Notes: a model not told the origin generated them from the letters alone. A stretch of 64,000 nt of DNA from Candidatus Omnitrophota bacterium (GCA_041649175.1 JBAZNR010000002.1:193766-257765); one strand, 5' to 3'. Positions 49,268 through 59,111 are shown, numbered from the stretch's first letter. Numbers and translations: made by a program.

Positions 49268-50138
49268 GGGCTCGATCGTTGCGCTCGCCACACCGTTTTC
49301 AAACGGCCGCGTGGATGAGAAAAAAATCAAAGAGCTGGTGGAGTTTCAGCTTAAAAACGGCACCAATGGCATTGTCCCGTGCGGAACAACCGGAGAATCC
49401 CCGACACTTTCTACCGAAGAGCACGAACACGTCATCGAAGTCACCATCAAAGCCGTCAATAAACGTGTTCCTGTCATTGCCGGAACCGGTTCTAACTCCA
49501 CGTCTGAGGCCATCGTTTTAACACAACACGCCGAGAAATCCGGCGCCGATGCCGCTTTGATCGTTTCGCCTTATTATAATAAGCCGACACAAAAAGGGCT
49601 TTATTTGCATTTTAATGAGATCGCCAAGAATACCAAGCTTCCTATCATCCTTTACAATATTATGGGCCGCACCGGAGTTAACATCGAACCTGTCACCATG
49701 GCAAAACTTGCCGCGGATTGTAAAAATATTGTCGGTGTCAAAGAAGCCTCAGGTTCTTTGGAGCAAATGGCCGCCGTGCGCAAACTTTGCGGGCCGAAAT
49801 TTATCTTACTTTCCGGAGATGACGCCTTAACACTTCCGCTTTTAAGCTTAGGCGGGATGGGTGTTATTTCGGTTGTAGCTAACATTGTTCCGGCGGATGT
49901 TTCCGCGCTGATCAGCGCCTTCAACGAAGGAAACTTGAAAAAGGCGCAAGAGATCCACTATAAATTACTGCCTTTAGTCAAAGCGATGTTTCTGGAAACC
50001 AATCCTATTCCGGTTAAAACCGCCATGGGGCTTATGGGCCTTTGCGAAGGGAGTTTACGCCTGCCGCTTTGTGAAATGTCAGATGAAAATTTAGCGAAAC
50101 TTAAAATAGCCTTAAAAGAATACGGATTGCTAAAGTAA
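49260..50138 (+). CDS. dapA: 4-hydroxy-tetrahydrodipicolinate synthase DapA
   Basis: Start reassigned to ATG 49260, with AGGAG 9 nt upstream. GSIVALATPF and CGTTGES motifs. Confidence 0.9.
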   Translation: MIKGSIVALATPFSNGRVDEKKIKELVEFQLKNGTNGIVPCGTTGESPTLSTEEHEHVIEVTIKAVNKRVPVIAGTGSNSTSEAIVLTQHAEKSGADAALIVSPYYNKPTQKGLYLHFNEIAKNTKLPIILYNIMGRTGVNIEPVTMAKLAADCKNIVGVKEASGSLEQMAAVRKLCGPKFILLSGDDALTLPLLSLGGMGVISVVANIVPADVSALISAFNEGNLKKAQEIHYKLLPLVKAMFLETNPIPVKTAMGLMGLCEGSLRLPLCEMSDENLAKLKIALKEYGLLK

Positions 50139-50155
50139 GAAGAGAGGAACTGCTT

Positions 50156-50875
50156 ATGATCAAACTCGCCATTAGTGGTTGTTGCGGAAGGATGGGCGCG
50201 CGAATAGCCGAATTAGCCCAGCAAGATTCAGAATTCAAGATTTTGGCCGCTTTAGAGATCCCCAATCATCCAAAGCTCAATACGCCCTTAGGCGGTGTTA
50301 AAATAACCTCCAATACCGCCGCCATCAAGGGAAGCGACGTCCTCATCGAATTTACTTCGCCTGAAGCGACCATGATGCATTTAGACGAATGTGTCAAAAC
50401 CGAAACAAAAATGATCATCGGCACGACAGGTTTATCCGCCGATCAGATCAAAAAAATAAAGCTCGCTTCTAAAAAGATCCCCATCGTTTTTTCCTCCAAT
50501 ATGTCGGTCGGTGTTAATTTGCTTTTTAAGCTAGTCGGAGAATTGGCCGCCAGAACCGCCGGAAAATACAAAGTCAAAATTGTCGAAGCCCATCATGTCC
50601 ATAAAAAAGACGCACCATCCGGCACCGCCAAAACCATCGCGCAGGCAATAGAACGGGCCAGCAAATACCCGGTTGAAGATATTCAATCCATCCGCGAAGG
50701 AGAGATCATCGGCAATCACGACGTCACCTTTGAAAGCGATGTGGACATCATCACCATCGGCCATCACGCTAAAACGCGAGATATCCTTGTTCAAGGAGCT
50801 CTTGTCGCCGCCAAGTTCATCGCCAAAAAGAAAACCGGATTGTTTAGTATGCAAGACGTATTGGGGCTGAAGTAA
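50156..50875 (+). CDS. dapB: 4-hydroxy-tetrahydrodipicolinate reductase DapB
   Basis: NAD fold (LAISGCCGRMG), the EAHHVHKKDAPSGTA motif, and the typical C-terminal ...DVLGL. Confidence 0.9.
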   Translation: MIKLAISGCCGRMGARIAELAQQDSEFKILAALEIPNHPKLNTPLGGVKITSNTAAIKGSDVLIEFTSPEATMMHLDECVKTETKMIIGTTGLSADQIKKIKLASKKIPIVFSSNMSVGVNLLFKLVGELAARTAGKYKVKIVEAHHVHKKDAPSGTAKTIAQAIERASKYPVEDIQSIREGEIIGNHDVTFESDVDIITIGHHAKTRDILVQGALVAAKFIAKKKTGLFSMQDVLGLK

Positions 50876-50876
50876 C

Positions 50877-50969
50877 ATGTCCCGACGTTTTCTATTCATA
50901 ATGGTAGCCGGGACTCCGACTTACGCCAACGGCGTAATGTCGGAGCAAGATGTTTTAGGGTTAAAGTAA
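50877..50969 (+). other. 30-codon mini-ORF ending in a synonymously diverged copy of the last 8 dapB codons
   Basis: Starts at ATG 50877, 1 nt after the dapB stop, and reads MSRRFLFIMVAGTPTYANGVMSEQDVLGLK*. Compare dapB's ...MQDVLGLK*: the 6 nt differences in codons 2-8 are all synonymous. A strong hairpin (TTACGCC-AAC-GGCGTAA and flanks) lies inside it. Confidence 0.3.
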
Positions 50970-51048
50970 TTACCAAATTCCCAATATCAAATGCCCAATG
51001 TCAAGCAAATTCCCAATTTCCAATACGCAATTAGAAATTAACATCAAA
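50970..51048. repeat. AT-rich (T)CCCAAT-TCAAAT-type MITE-like repeat, copy B
   Basis: AATTCCCAATATCAAATGCCCAATGTCAAGCAAATTCCCAATTTCCAATACGCAATTAGAAATT shares the CCCAATGTCAA and ATTAGAAATT units with copy C (53663-53776). Confidence 0.5.
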
Positions 51049-51050
51049 GA

Positions 51051-51242
51051 ATGGATGTCTTAAACGAAAAAGAATTTTTCTGCCCTTATTGCGGCAGTTG
51101 TAATACGATAACACTGGAACCGGGACAGGGAAAAGAGTACGAATTGATCACCGATTGTGAAATTTGCTGCCGGCCAATCGTTGTTTCCATAAAAATGATC
51201 GGCGAAGAGGCAGAGATCACCGCCCGCGCGGAAAATGAGTAG
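51051..51242 (+). CDS. CPxCG-type zinc-ribbon small protein
   Basis: 63 aa with FCPYCGSC, a spacer, then CEICC, which is a four-Cys zinc-ribbon pattern. Confidence 0.55.
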   Translation: MDVLNEKEFFCPYCGSCNTITLEPGQGKEYELITDCEICCRPIVVSIKMIGEEAEITARAENE

Positions 51243-51322
51243 CGAAAAGACAATTTAAATGAGCCGCAATTGGGCTATTTGATTTTCACGAAAAGGTAAG
51301 TTCCAACAATAAAGGAGAACAG

Positions 51323-52144
51323 ATGAAAAGATTTTCATGGATGATACTGGCGGGCGTTATTATATTGTTTTCAAACGGTTGTAGTTTTGTCGGCATCGAA
51401 GACGGACAGGGCGGCATAAAAGCCGACTTTGGAAAGATCGCCGATGAGCCCTTAGGAACAGGGTGGCATTTTTTTATTCCAATGTTTTCATGGATCGAAA
51501 GATGGGATATCAAAACTCTGGAATTACAAGAAACCGCCAATGTCCCTTCCTCGGAAGGATTGATCTCGCAACTCGACATCTCGGTCCTGTACAACGTCCC
51601 CAAAGAGAATATCGTAAAAGTCAGAAAGACCATCGGCCGGCATTATGTGGCAACGGTCATCGAGCCTTACGTCCGTGAATCTATCCGCAATATAGTGAGC
51701 GGCTACGAGGTTAAAGCTCTTTTTAGTGATGACGGAAGAAATAAAATAGGCAAAGGAATGCTCAACTTTCTTAAAGAGAAACTCGAACCGCGCGGAATTA
51801 ACGTTCAGGATGTTTTGTTGCGTGACGTGCGATTACCTTCGGTTTTCTCTGATAGTATTCAGCAGAAATTAAAAACAGAGCAGGAAGCCCAGCAAAAACA
51901 ATTTGAACTGCAAAAAGCCAAGATGGACGCGGAGATCGCCGTCGCTAAGGCCAAAGGTGTCGCCGAGAGTAATCAAATTATCGCCGGAAGCATCAGCGAT
52001 AATTATTTGCGTTATCTTTGGATAGAGGGTTTGCAAACCAGCGACAAACAAATTATTTACGTGCCGACGGAAGCAAACCTGCCCATTATGGAAGCGGGAC
52101 GAACCAACTCGCTAAGAGGAGCTTTAGACGCGGGCGGCAAATAA
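51323..52144 (+). CDS. SPFH/band-7 (prohibitin/HflC-like) lipoprotein
   Basis: Lipobox LFSNGC after the signal peptide, an SPFH core, and a C-terminal coiled coil (QKLKTEQEAQQKQFELQKAKMDAEIAVAKAKG). Confidence 0.8.
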   Translation: MKRFSWMILAGVIILFSNGCSFVGIEDGQGGIKADFGKIADEPLGTGWHFFIPMFSWIERWDIKTLELQETANVPSSEGLISQLDISVLYNVPKENIVKVRKTIGRHYVATVIEPYVRESIRNIVSGYEVKALFSDDGRNKIGKGMLNFLKEKLEPRGINVQDVLLRDVRLPSVFSDSIQQKLKTEQEAQQKQFELQKAKMDAEIAVAKAKGVAESNQIIAGSISDNYLRYLWIEGLQTSDKQIIYVPTEANLPIMEAGRTNSLRGALDAGGK

Positions 52145-52201
52145 AAGTAGAAAATTCTTAATCCCGGGAACACGTACATATAAAACGAGAGGGGAAATGC
52201 G

Positions 52202-52489
52202 ATGAGCATTTGGGGAATTCTTGCAGGATTCATTTTGTATCTTGTACCGCTTCAATTTTTCGTGGTACGATCTATTCCGCAACCAATCGAGCGTTTGCCC
52301 TTATGCATTCTCGTATCTTTGCCTTCGCTTTTACTCGCAATTTTTTCCTGGAAAAAGCAAAGAAAGTTTTCCATTGGAGTCATCGCTGGGACAATGATTT
52401 GCTTCTTATTTCTTATCCTTTCATTTGTTCCGCACAATTTAAGATCGGCTAGCAGCGAAATGCCTATTAAGATCAACAATACAAAATAA
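52202..52489 (+). CDS. small two-TM membrane protein (hypothetical)
   Basis: 95 aa with two hydrophobic helices; follows the SPFH gene. Confidence 0.45.
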   Translation: MSIWGILAGFILYLVPLQFFVVRSIPQPIERLPLCILVSLPSLLLAIFSWKKQRKFSIGVIAGTMICFLFLILSFVPHNLRSASSEMPIKINNTK

Positions 52490-52504
52490 AGGAGCTTTAT
52501 AAGC

Positions 52505-53656
52505 ATGGAGATTGAACAATCGGAACGATTAAAAATGCTTCCTCCGTATTTATTCGTTGAGATAGACAAGGCTAAGCGCGAAGCGAAAGCGGCGGGAAGA
52601 GATATTATTGATCTGGGCGTGGGAGATCCGGATATGCCGACACCGCCGCATATTATTGAAGCGCTTAAAACGGCCGCGCAAGATGGCGGTAATCATCATT
52701 ATGCTTTTGACGCGGGATTGCCGGCTTTGCGCAAAGAAATATCCGCCTTTTGTCAAAATCATTTCAATGTTTCCTTAAATCCTGATGGTGAAATTTATCC
52801 TTTGATCGGCTCTAAAGAGGGAATCGCGCATCTTCCTTTGGCTATCATCAATCCTAAAGATAAAGTTTTAGTTCCCGATCCGTGTTATCCGGTTTATCGT
52901 TCCGCAACTTGGTTTGCCGGTGGAAAAGTCGTTACTTTACCTTTAAAAGCCAAAAATAATTTCCTGCCGGATTTGGAGAGAATCAAAGACGCAAAATTGC
53001 TTTATATCAATTACCCGAATAACCCAACATCCGCCACCGCGCCGCGGGAATATTTAACCGAATTGGTAAAAATCTGCAAAGAAAAGGGAATTATCATCGC
53101 ATCAGATTTGGCATATTCGGAAATTTATTATGACAATGAAAAACCGGTGAGTATTTTGGAAATCGAGGGTGCAAAGGATATCGCGATTGAATTTCATTCG
53201 CTTTCCAAAACCTTTAATATGACCGGCTGGCGTTTGGGCTGGGCCTGCGGAAATCCGAAACTCATCGCCGCTTTAGCCAAAGTTAAAGCCAATGTGGATT
53301 CGGGGATTTTCCAGGCCATACAAGTCGCCGGCATCGCCGCTTTAAAAAGCGATCCGCATGATTTAGATGACCTGCGGCGCATGTATCAGGAACGCCGCGA
53401 CCTATTTATCAACGGGCTTCGTTCTATCGGATGGAAAATCGCACCGCCCAAGGCCGCGTTTTATGTTTGGGCGAAACTGCCGAAGAAATTTACCGGTTCT
53501 ATGGAAACCGCTAAAGCATTTTTAGACCAAGCCGATATTGTGGCGACACCGGGTGTTGGTTTCGGCGAACACGGCGAAGGGTTTATCCGCATGACGATCA
53601 CCGTTCCTAAAGAGCGGCTGACGTTGGCAGTGGAGAGGTTGAAGAAAGTCATTTAG
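52505..53656 (+). CDS. dapL: LL-diaminopimelate aminotransferase (DapL, short type) / class I aminotransferase
   Basis: RLKMLPPYLFVEIDKAKREAKAAGRDIIDLGVGDPD N-terminal pattern and a PLP Lys region (SLSKTFNMTGWRLGW). No dapD, dapC or dapE is present in the dap cluster. Confidence 0.75.
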   Translation: MEIEQSERLKMLPPYLFVEIDKAKREAKAAGRDIIDLGVGDPDMPTPPHIIEALKTAAQDGGNHHYAFDAGLPALRKEISAFCQNHFNVSLNPDGEIYPLIGSKEGIAHLPLAIINPKDKVLVPDPCYPVYRSATWFAGGKVVTLPLKAKNNFLPDLERIKDAKLLYINYPNNPTSATAPREYLTELVKICKEKGIIIASDLAYSEIYYDNEKPVSILEIEGAKDIAIEFHSLSKTFNMTGWRLGWACGNPKLIAALAKVKANVDSGIFQAIQVAGIAALKSDPHDLDDLRRMYQERRDLFINGLRSIGWKIAPPKAAFYVWAKLPKKFTGSMETAKAFLDQADIVATPGVGFGEHGEGFIRMTITVPKERLTLAVERLKKVI

Positions 53657-53662
53657 TGAAAT

Positions 53663-53776
53663 GACTAATTCCCAATGTCAAATGGCAAATAAATTACCAA
53701 TGACTAATGTCAAATAAAATACATTAGAAATTGGAAATTTGACATTTATTTAGAATTAGAAATTTGGCATTCATCA
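53663..53776. repeat. AT-rich CCCAATGTCAAAT-type MITE-like repeat, copy C
   Basis: Direct units AATTCCCAATGTCAAATGGCAAAT and ACCAATGACTAATGTCAAATAAA, then inverted units (ATTTGACATTTA) and tandem TTAGAAATTGGAAATTTGACA and TTAGAATTAGAAATTTGGCA. It fills the whole dapL-folK spacer. Confidence 0.5.
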
Positions 53777-54229
53777 TTGATGTTTATCTGTAAAGGATCA
53801 GTGTTGGCTATTGTTTACTTCGGACTTGGTTCCAATTTAGGCGATCGGAAGAAAAATATTCTTGGCGCTTTGGCGCGGATGCGCCAAAGCGCCATTCGTA
53901 TCCAAAAGGTTTCGCACGTCATTGAAACCAAGCCGGTGGGCGGCCCCAAGGGCCAAAATGATTATTTAAACGCCGCGGCAAAGGGTACAACTGAACTTAC
54001 ACCGGGAAAACTTCTTCGAACACTTAAATCCATCGAAAAAAAGCTCGGCCGAAAAAAAGGACTCCGCTACGGCCCGCGCTTGATCGACATTGATATTTTG
54101 ATCTATGAAAACAAATGGATCAAAACGCCAAAGCTGACAATTCCTCATCCGCGCATGCTCAAAAGGGAATTCGTCTTAAAACCATTAAAAGAGATCGCTC
54201 CAAAACTCGTAAAGGAACTTTTATCGTGA
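53777..54229 (+). CDS. folK: 2-amino-4-hydroxy-6-hydroxymethyldihydropteridine diphosphokinase FolK
   Basis: VYFGLGSNLGDR and a PRLIDIDIL motif. The true start is probably ATG 53780 or a downstream GTG. Confidence 0.85.
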   Translation: MMFICKGSVLAIVYFGLGSNLGDRKKNILGALARMRQSAIRIQKVSHVIETKPVGGPKGQNDYLNAAAKGTTELTPGKLLRTLKSIEKKLGRKKGLRYGPRLIDIDILIYENKWIKTPKLTIPHPRMLKREFVLKPLKEIAPKLVKELLS

Positions 54230-55077
54230 AGATCGTTAAAAGCATAAAACAAATGCACAGTATAGTCCTTGACGCCAAGAGAAAAAATAAAACTATCGGC
54301 TTTGTCCCCACCATGGGCTATCTGCATCACGGGCATTGTTCGCTTCTTCGCCGATGCCGTAAAGAAAATGATTTAAGTGTTTTAAGTATTTTTGTCAATC
54401 CCGTGCAGTTTTCTCCGACGGAGGATTTCACCAAATATCCGCGCGATTTAAAAAGAGACGAAAAATTTGCAAAAGACGAAAAAGTTGATATAATCTTTTA
54501 TCCGTCGGTCGACGAGATCTATCCCGACGGATACCGGACCTTCGTGCAAGTGGACGGGCTCTCTGATAAGTTATGCGGAAAATTCCGCCCGGGGCATTTT
54601 AGGGGCGTTTCCACAGTGGTGATGAAATTAGTCAACATTGTTGCGCCGGACACGCTTTATTTAGGGCAAAAGGATGCGCAACAGGCGCTCATTATCCAAA
54701 GGATGCTCAAAGATCTAAACACCGATGTGCGTGTAAAGATCCTGCCGACCGTCCGCGAGAAAAGTGGTTTAGCGATGAGTTCGCGCAATAGTTATTTAGC
54801 GCCCGAACATCACGCCAAGGCAACGATCCTTTACCGTTCTTTGCAGCACGCCAAGACCATTATTGAAGACGGCGAGCGCAACCCGGAAACAGTGATTGAA
54901 GAAATGCGCGTCTTGATCTCAAGCGAAGGCGCCGAAAAAATTGATTATATTGAATGCGTGGACGCTCAAACGCTTTTACCCTTAGATGACATTAAGGGGG
55001 ATATTTTGATCGCCGTTGCGGTATGGTTTGGCACAGCCCGGCTTATCGACAACATTACGGTTAGTGTGACTGAATGA
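54226..55077 (+). CDS. panC: pantoate--beta-alanine ligase PanC
   Basis: GTG start overlapping the folK stop. GFVPTMGYLHHGH and PGHFRGVSTVV are collinear with E. coli PanC. Confidence 0.9.
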   Translation: MKIVKSIKQMHSIVLDAKRKNKTIGFVPTMGYLHHGHCSLLRRCRKENDLSVLSIFVNPVQFSPTEDFTKYPRDLKRDEKFAKDEKVDIIFYPSVDEIYPDGYRTFVQVDGLSDKLCGKFRPGHFRGVSTVVMKLVNIVAPDTLYLGQKDAQQALIIQRMLKDLNTDVRVKILPTVREKSGLAMSSRNSYLAPEHHAKATILYRSLQHAKTIIEDGERNPETVIEEMRVLISSEGAEKIDYIECVDAQTLLPLDDIKGDILIAVAVWFGTARLIDNITVSVTE

Positions 55078-55898
55078 AAAAAACAAAGAAGTTAAGAGTA
55101 GGTATTGTTGGCTGCGGCGCTATTGGTTCGCGCATCGCCAAAAGCATTAGCCAAGAATTAAAATCCGACTGCGCTTTAAGCGCTTTGTTTGACATCGATA
55201 CCGAGAAATCGAAAAAGTTATCCGCGAAATTCTCCGCTAAAAATCTCATCAAGAAAAATTTATCCGACCTTATCAGATCTTGTGACTTGGTTGTGGAAGC
55301 CGTAACCTCCACCGAAACACAAAAAATCGTTTCGGATGTTCTGCGTGCCAAAAAACACGTACTGGCCATGAGCGTTGGAAAGCTTCTTTACGCCGATAAA
55401 CTATTCGCCTTAGCGCGAAAAAATAAATGCGCGCTTCTTTTACCGTCGGGCGCGATTGCTGGTCTCGACGCTATCAAGGCGGCAAGCCTACGCAATATTT
55501 CTTCCGTTGTTTTAACCACCCGTAAGCCTCCCGTCGGGTTTGCCAACTCCGCATATATAATTAAAAAAAATATTGATTTAAACGCGATTGCCTGCGAAAC
55601 TGTTCTCTTTGACGGGCACGTTGACGACGCTGTTCACTGGTTTCCAAAAAACATCAATGTGGCGGCCACACTCGCGATCGCCAGCAATTGCAAAGAAAAA
55701 GTGCGCGTGCGTATTTTGACATCACCGGAATTTAAATTGAATTCACACGAAATAGAAGTGATTGGTGATTTTGGGCGAATGGTGTCGCGCACCGATAATG
55801 TGGTGTGTCCCGATAATCCGAAGACAAGTTATTTGGCGGTGTTGTCCGCTATTCAAACATTAAAGCAATTTTTTAACACAGTAAAAATCGGAACTTAA
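55074..55898 (+). CDS. nadX: L-aspartate dehydrogenase NadX-like
   Basis: LRVGIVGCGAIGS in the NAD fold. PSGAIAGLDAIKAA, NINVAATLAIAS and PDNPKTSYLAVLS match T. maritima NadX. Confidence 0.7.
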   Translation: MKKTKKLRVGIVGCGAIGSRIAKSISQELKSDCALSALFDIDTEKSKKLSAKFSAKNLIKKNLSDLIRSCDLVVEAVTSTETQKIVSDVLRAKKHVLAMSVGKLLYADKLFALARKNKCALLLPSGAIAGLDAIKAASLRNISSVVLTTRKPPVGFANSAYIIKKNIDLNAIACETVLFDGHVDDAVHWFPKNINVAATLAIASNCKEKVRVRILTSPEFKLNSHEIEVIGDFGRMVSRTDNVVCPDNPKTSYLAVLSAIQTLKQFFNTVKIGT

Positions 55899-55925
55899 TA
55901 AAACACGAGAGGGGGTGAATCAGAG

Positions 55926-56171
55926 ATGGCAAAGAAAATCGCAAAGGTTGGAGTAAAAAGAGAAAAAGGTTATCTTTACTTCATTGACAAGCAAGGAGAC
56001 GTATCTTGCGCAAAGATGGCTCGCGGTAACAAAAAAGGCGGGTCACCTAAAAAAGTCGCGAAGGTTGGTATCAAGAAAGAAAAAGGATACCTCTACTTCT
56101 TAGACAAGCAAGGTGATGTGTCAAGCGCCCAGATGGTCCGTGGCGGCAAAAAGAAGTCGAAAAAACGTTAA
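55926..56171 (+). CDS. lysine-rich small protein with internal tandem duplication (hypothetical)
   Basis: 81 aa made of two repeats of about 38 aa, KVG(V/I)K(R/K)EKGYLYF(I/L)DKQGDVS.A.M.RG.KK. The DNA copies differ mostly at synonymous positions. A GAGGGGG RBS-like run lies upstream. Confidence 0.55.
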   Translation: MAKKIAKVGVKREKGYLYFIDKQGDVSCAKMARGNKKGGSPKKVAKVGIKKEKGYLYFLDKQGDVSSAQMVRGGKKKSKKR

Positions 56172-56187
56172 TTGAAATAAGAGGTTT

Positions 56188-56229
56188 GGGCAGCTTCTGT
56201 TCTCCTTAAAAGAAGAACAGAAGCTGCCC
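56188..56229 (+). terminator. strong 16-bp hairpin after the small repeat protein (possible terminator)
   Basis: GGGCAGCTTCTGTTCT, a loop, then AGAACAGAAGCTGCCC, perfect. No clear U-tract follows. Confidence 0.4.
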
Positions 56230-56291
56230 TCATCGCTTAAGCATTTCTTCTCAACATTCCTTCCAGTCCAAATTAATTTAAAGTTAAAGTC

Positions 56292-59111
56292 ATGAGCAGC
56301 GAACATATCATTATCCGCGGCGCCAAGGAACACAACCTTAAAAATCTTGATCTCAAGATCCCGCGCAATCAATTTGTGGTTGTCACCGGGCTTAGCGGCT
56401 CGGGAAAATCTTCTTTAGCCTTTGATACCATTTACGCCGAAGGCCAGCGCCGCTATGTGGAAAGTTTATCCGCGTACGCCCGTCAGTTTTTGGAACAGCT
56501 GCAAAAGCCCGATGTGGAATACATCGAAGGTTTATCGCCCACTATTTCCATCGAACAAAAAACCACCAGCCGCAATCCGCGTTCAACGGTAGCCACCCAA
56601 ACCGAAATTTATGATTATCTGCGCCTTTTATTTGCCCGGGTGGGAACGCCTTTTTGTTACAATTGCGGAAGAAAAATCGAACGCCAAACATCCCAAGAGA
56701 TCACCGAGCAGATCCTGAATTTCAAAGAAGGAACCGAGATCAATATCCTTTCTCCGCTTATTCAGGGAAGAAAAGGTGAATACCGCAACATCCAAGCCCA
56801 AATCTCCAAAGCCGGATTTGCCCGGCTTCGGGTTGACGGAAAAATTTACGATATCAACGATAAGATCAAGCTCGATAAATTCAAAGTCCATAACATTGAC
56901 GTAGTCATCGACCGATTGACGATCAAACCCAATATCAAAAAGCGTCTGACCGAATCGATTGAAACCGCGCTTAAAATGGGCAACGGCATCGCCATCATCA
57001 GCTTCTCCTCCAAAATTCCCGATAAAATTTTCAGCGAAAAATACGCCTGCATTGATTGCGGTATTAATCTTTTAGAAATTGAGCCGCGTATTTTTTCTTT
57101 TAATTCTCCTTACGGCGCTTGCCCCAAATGTAACGGGCTGGGCACCAAGATGGAAATTGACCCCGAATTAATGATCCCAGATCCGTCTAAGCCGTGGATC
57201 AACGCCATCGCTCCCTGGAAAAAAGGCGGACGCGGTTTTATGATGTATTACCGCGCGGTTTTACGCGAGATCGCTCATCTTTACCGCATCAATTTAGAAT
57301 TACCGTATCAAAAGTTAAATAAACGCCAACGTAACGTCATTTTGTACGGTTCCGGCGATGTCGTCTGGGGCAGACAGTTTGAAGGTGTCGTTGCTTATTT
57401 GGAACGGCTTTTCAATGAAACCGATAATGATTGGCTCAAGGATGAGATTTCCGGTTTTATGTCCGTTTTGCCATGCCCGGAATGCAAGGGAAATCGACTC
57501 AAGAAAGAATCGCTGGCGATCAAGATCGCTGATAAAAATATTACCGAAGCCACCGCGCTATCTATTAAGGAAGCCAAACAATTTTTCTCAACGCTCAATC
57601 TCTCAAAAGACAAAAAGATCATTTCCGAGCAGATCCTTAAAGAAATTTTGCGCCGGCTCGATTTTTGTATCAATGTCGGCTTGGAATATTTAACGCTGGA
57701 TCGTAAAAGCGCCACATTGTCCGGTGGGGAAGCCGAGCGCATTCGCCTCGCCACTCAAGTCGGTTCCGGTTTAGTCGGCGTTATCTACATTTTGGACGAA
57801 CCGTCCATCGGGCTTCATCAAAAAGATAATGATATGCTTCTTCATACTTTGCAAGCACTGCGCGATATTGGAAACAGTCTTATCGTGGTTGAGCACGATG
57901 AAGCCACTATTCGCGCGGCGGATTATGTCATCGACCTTGGGCCCGGCGCCGGCGAACACGGCGGCGAGATCATTTACGCGGGCGATGTTCCGGGGCTTTT
58001 AAAATCCAAGAATTCTCCCACCGGACAATATTTGCGCGGCGAGCTTAAAATTCCTTTTCCGGAAAAACGCCGAGAGATCCAAAAAACAAATTTTATAAAA
58101 GTGCTGGGCGCCAGCGAACATAATCTAAAAAATATTGACGCCGCTTTTCCTTTAGGAACTTTTATTTGCATTACCGGCGTGTCCGGCTCGGGAAAATCAA
58201 CCCTCATTAACGATGTTTTATATACAGCGCTTGCCGCGCAAATCAATCATTCGCGCGAAAAAGCCGGCGCGCATAAAAAGATCGAAGGCATTCATCACAT
58301 TGATAAAGTGATCGTCGTCGATCAATCTCCCATCGGACGTACACCGCGCTCTAATCCGGCAACTTACACGGGAGTTTTTGGCCATGTCCGCGACCTTTTT
58401 TCCCAGCTTCCCGAATCAAAAATGCGCGGCTACAAACCTGGACGGTTCAGCTTTAACGTCAAAGGCGGACGATGCGAAGCTTGCGGCGGCGATGGAATAA
58501 GAAAGATCGAAATGCATTTTCTGCCCGACGTTTATGTTCCGTGCGAAATATGTAAAGGGCTTCGTTTTACCGAGCAAACTTTGGAAGTACGCTTTAAAGG
58601 AAAAAATATCGCCGATGTATTGTCTTTATCAGTAAGCGAGGGCTTACAGCTTTTCGAAAATATTCCGCGGGTGAAAAATACTTTGCAGACATTATGCGAC
58701 GTCGGCTTAGGCTATATCAAGCTCGGACAAGCCGCCACCACGCTTTCCGGCGGAGAAGCCCAGCGCGTTAAACTTGCCAGCGAACTATGCAAATTCGCCA
58801 CCGGAAAAACACTTTATATCTTAGACGAGCCGACTACGGGATTGCATTTTGCCGATGTGGATAAATTGCTGGGCGTTTTACAACGCTTGGTTGACCGCGG
58901 CAATACGGTGATCGTCATTGAACATAATTTGGAAGTCATTAAAACCGCCGATTACATCCTTGACCTAGGCCCGGACGGGGGAGATAAGGGCGGCGAAATT
59001 GTTTTTGCCGGCTCACCGGAAGAATTGATCAAATGCCCATCGTCTTACACCGGACAATACCTGAAAGATTTTTTACGCGCCAGCCATCAGCAAAAACCCG
59101 CGGGAAACTAA
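56292..59111 (+). CDS. uvrA: excinuclease ABC subunit A UvrA
   Basis: 939 aa with two ABC ATPase modules (GLSGSGKSS and GVSGSGKST) and zinc-finger Cys pairs. Confidence 0.97.
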   Translation: MSSEHIIIRGAKEHNLKNLDLKIPRNQFVVVTGLSGSGKSSLAFDTIYAEGQRRYVESLSAYARQFLEQLQKPDVEYIEGLSPTISIEQKTTSRNPRSTVATQTEIYDYLRLLFARVGTPFCYNCGRKIERQTSQEITEQILNFKEGTEINILSPLIQGRKGEYRNIQAQISKAGFARLRVDGKIYDINDKIKLDKFKVHNIDVVIDRLTIKPNIKKRLTESIETALKMGNGIAIISFSSKIPDKIFSEKYACIDCGINLLEIEPRIFSFNSPYGACPKCNGLGTKMEIDPELMIPDPSKPWINAIAPWKKGGRGFMMYYRAVLREIAHLYRINLELPYQKLNKRQRNVILYGSGDVVWGRQFEGVVAYLERLFNETDNDWLKDEISGFMSVLPCPECKGNRLKKESLAIKIADKNITEATALSIKEAKQFFSTLNLSKDKKIISEQILKEILRRLDFCINVGLEYLTLDRKSATLSGGEAERIRLATQVGSGLVGVIYILDEPSIGLHQKDNDMLLHTLQALRDIGNSLIVVEHDEATIRAADYVIDLGPGAGEHGGEIIYAGDVPGLLKSKNSPTGQYLRGELKIPFPEKRREIQKTNFIKVLGASEHNLKNIDAAFPLGTFICITGVSGSGKSTLINDVLYTALAAQINHSREKAGAHKKIEGIHHIDKVIVVDQSPIGRTPRSNPATYTGVFGHVRDLFSQLPESKMRGYKPGRFSFNVKGGRCEACGGDGIRKIEMHFLPDVYVPCEICKGLRFTEQTLEVRFKGKNIADVLSLSVSEGLQLFENIPRVKNTLQTLCDVGLGYIKLGQAATTLSGGEAQRVKLASELCKFATGKTLYILDEPTTGLHFADVDKLLGVLQRLVDRGNTVIVIEHNLEVIKTADYILDLGPDGGDKGGEIVFAGSPEELIKCPSSYTGQYLKDFLRASHQQKPAGN

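Noticed and set aside
50156-50875. Programmed ribosomal bypassing (T4 gene 60-like) between the duplicated QDVLGLK codons
   Set aside because: Both copies end in a stop codon and nothing continues in-frame after the second copy, so there is nothing to land into. I kept the synonymous duplication as an observation only.
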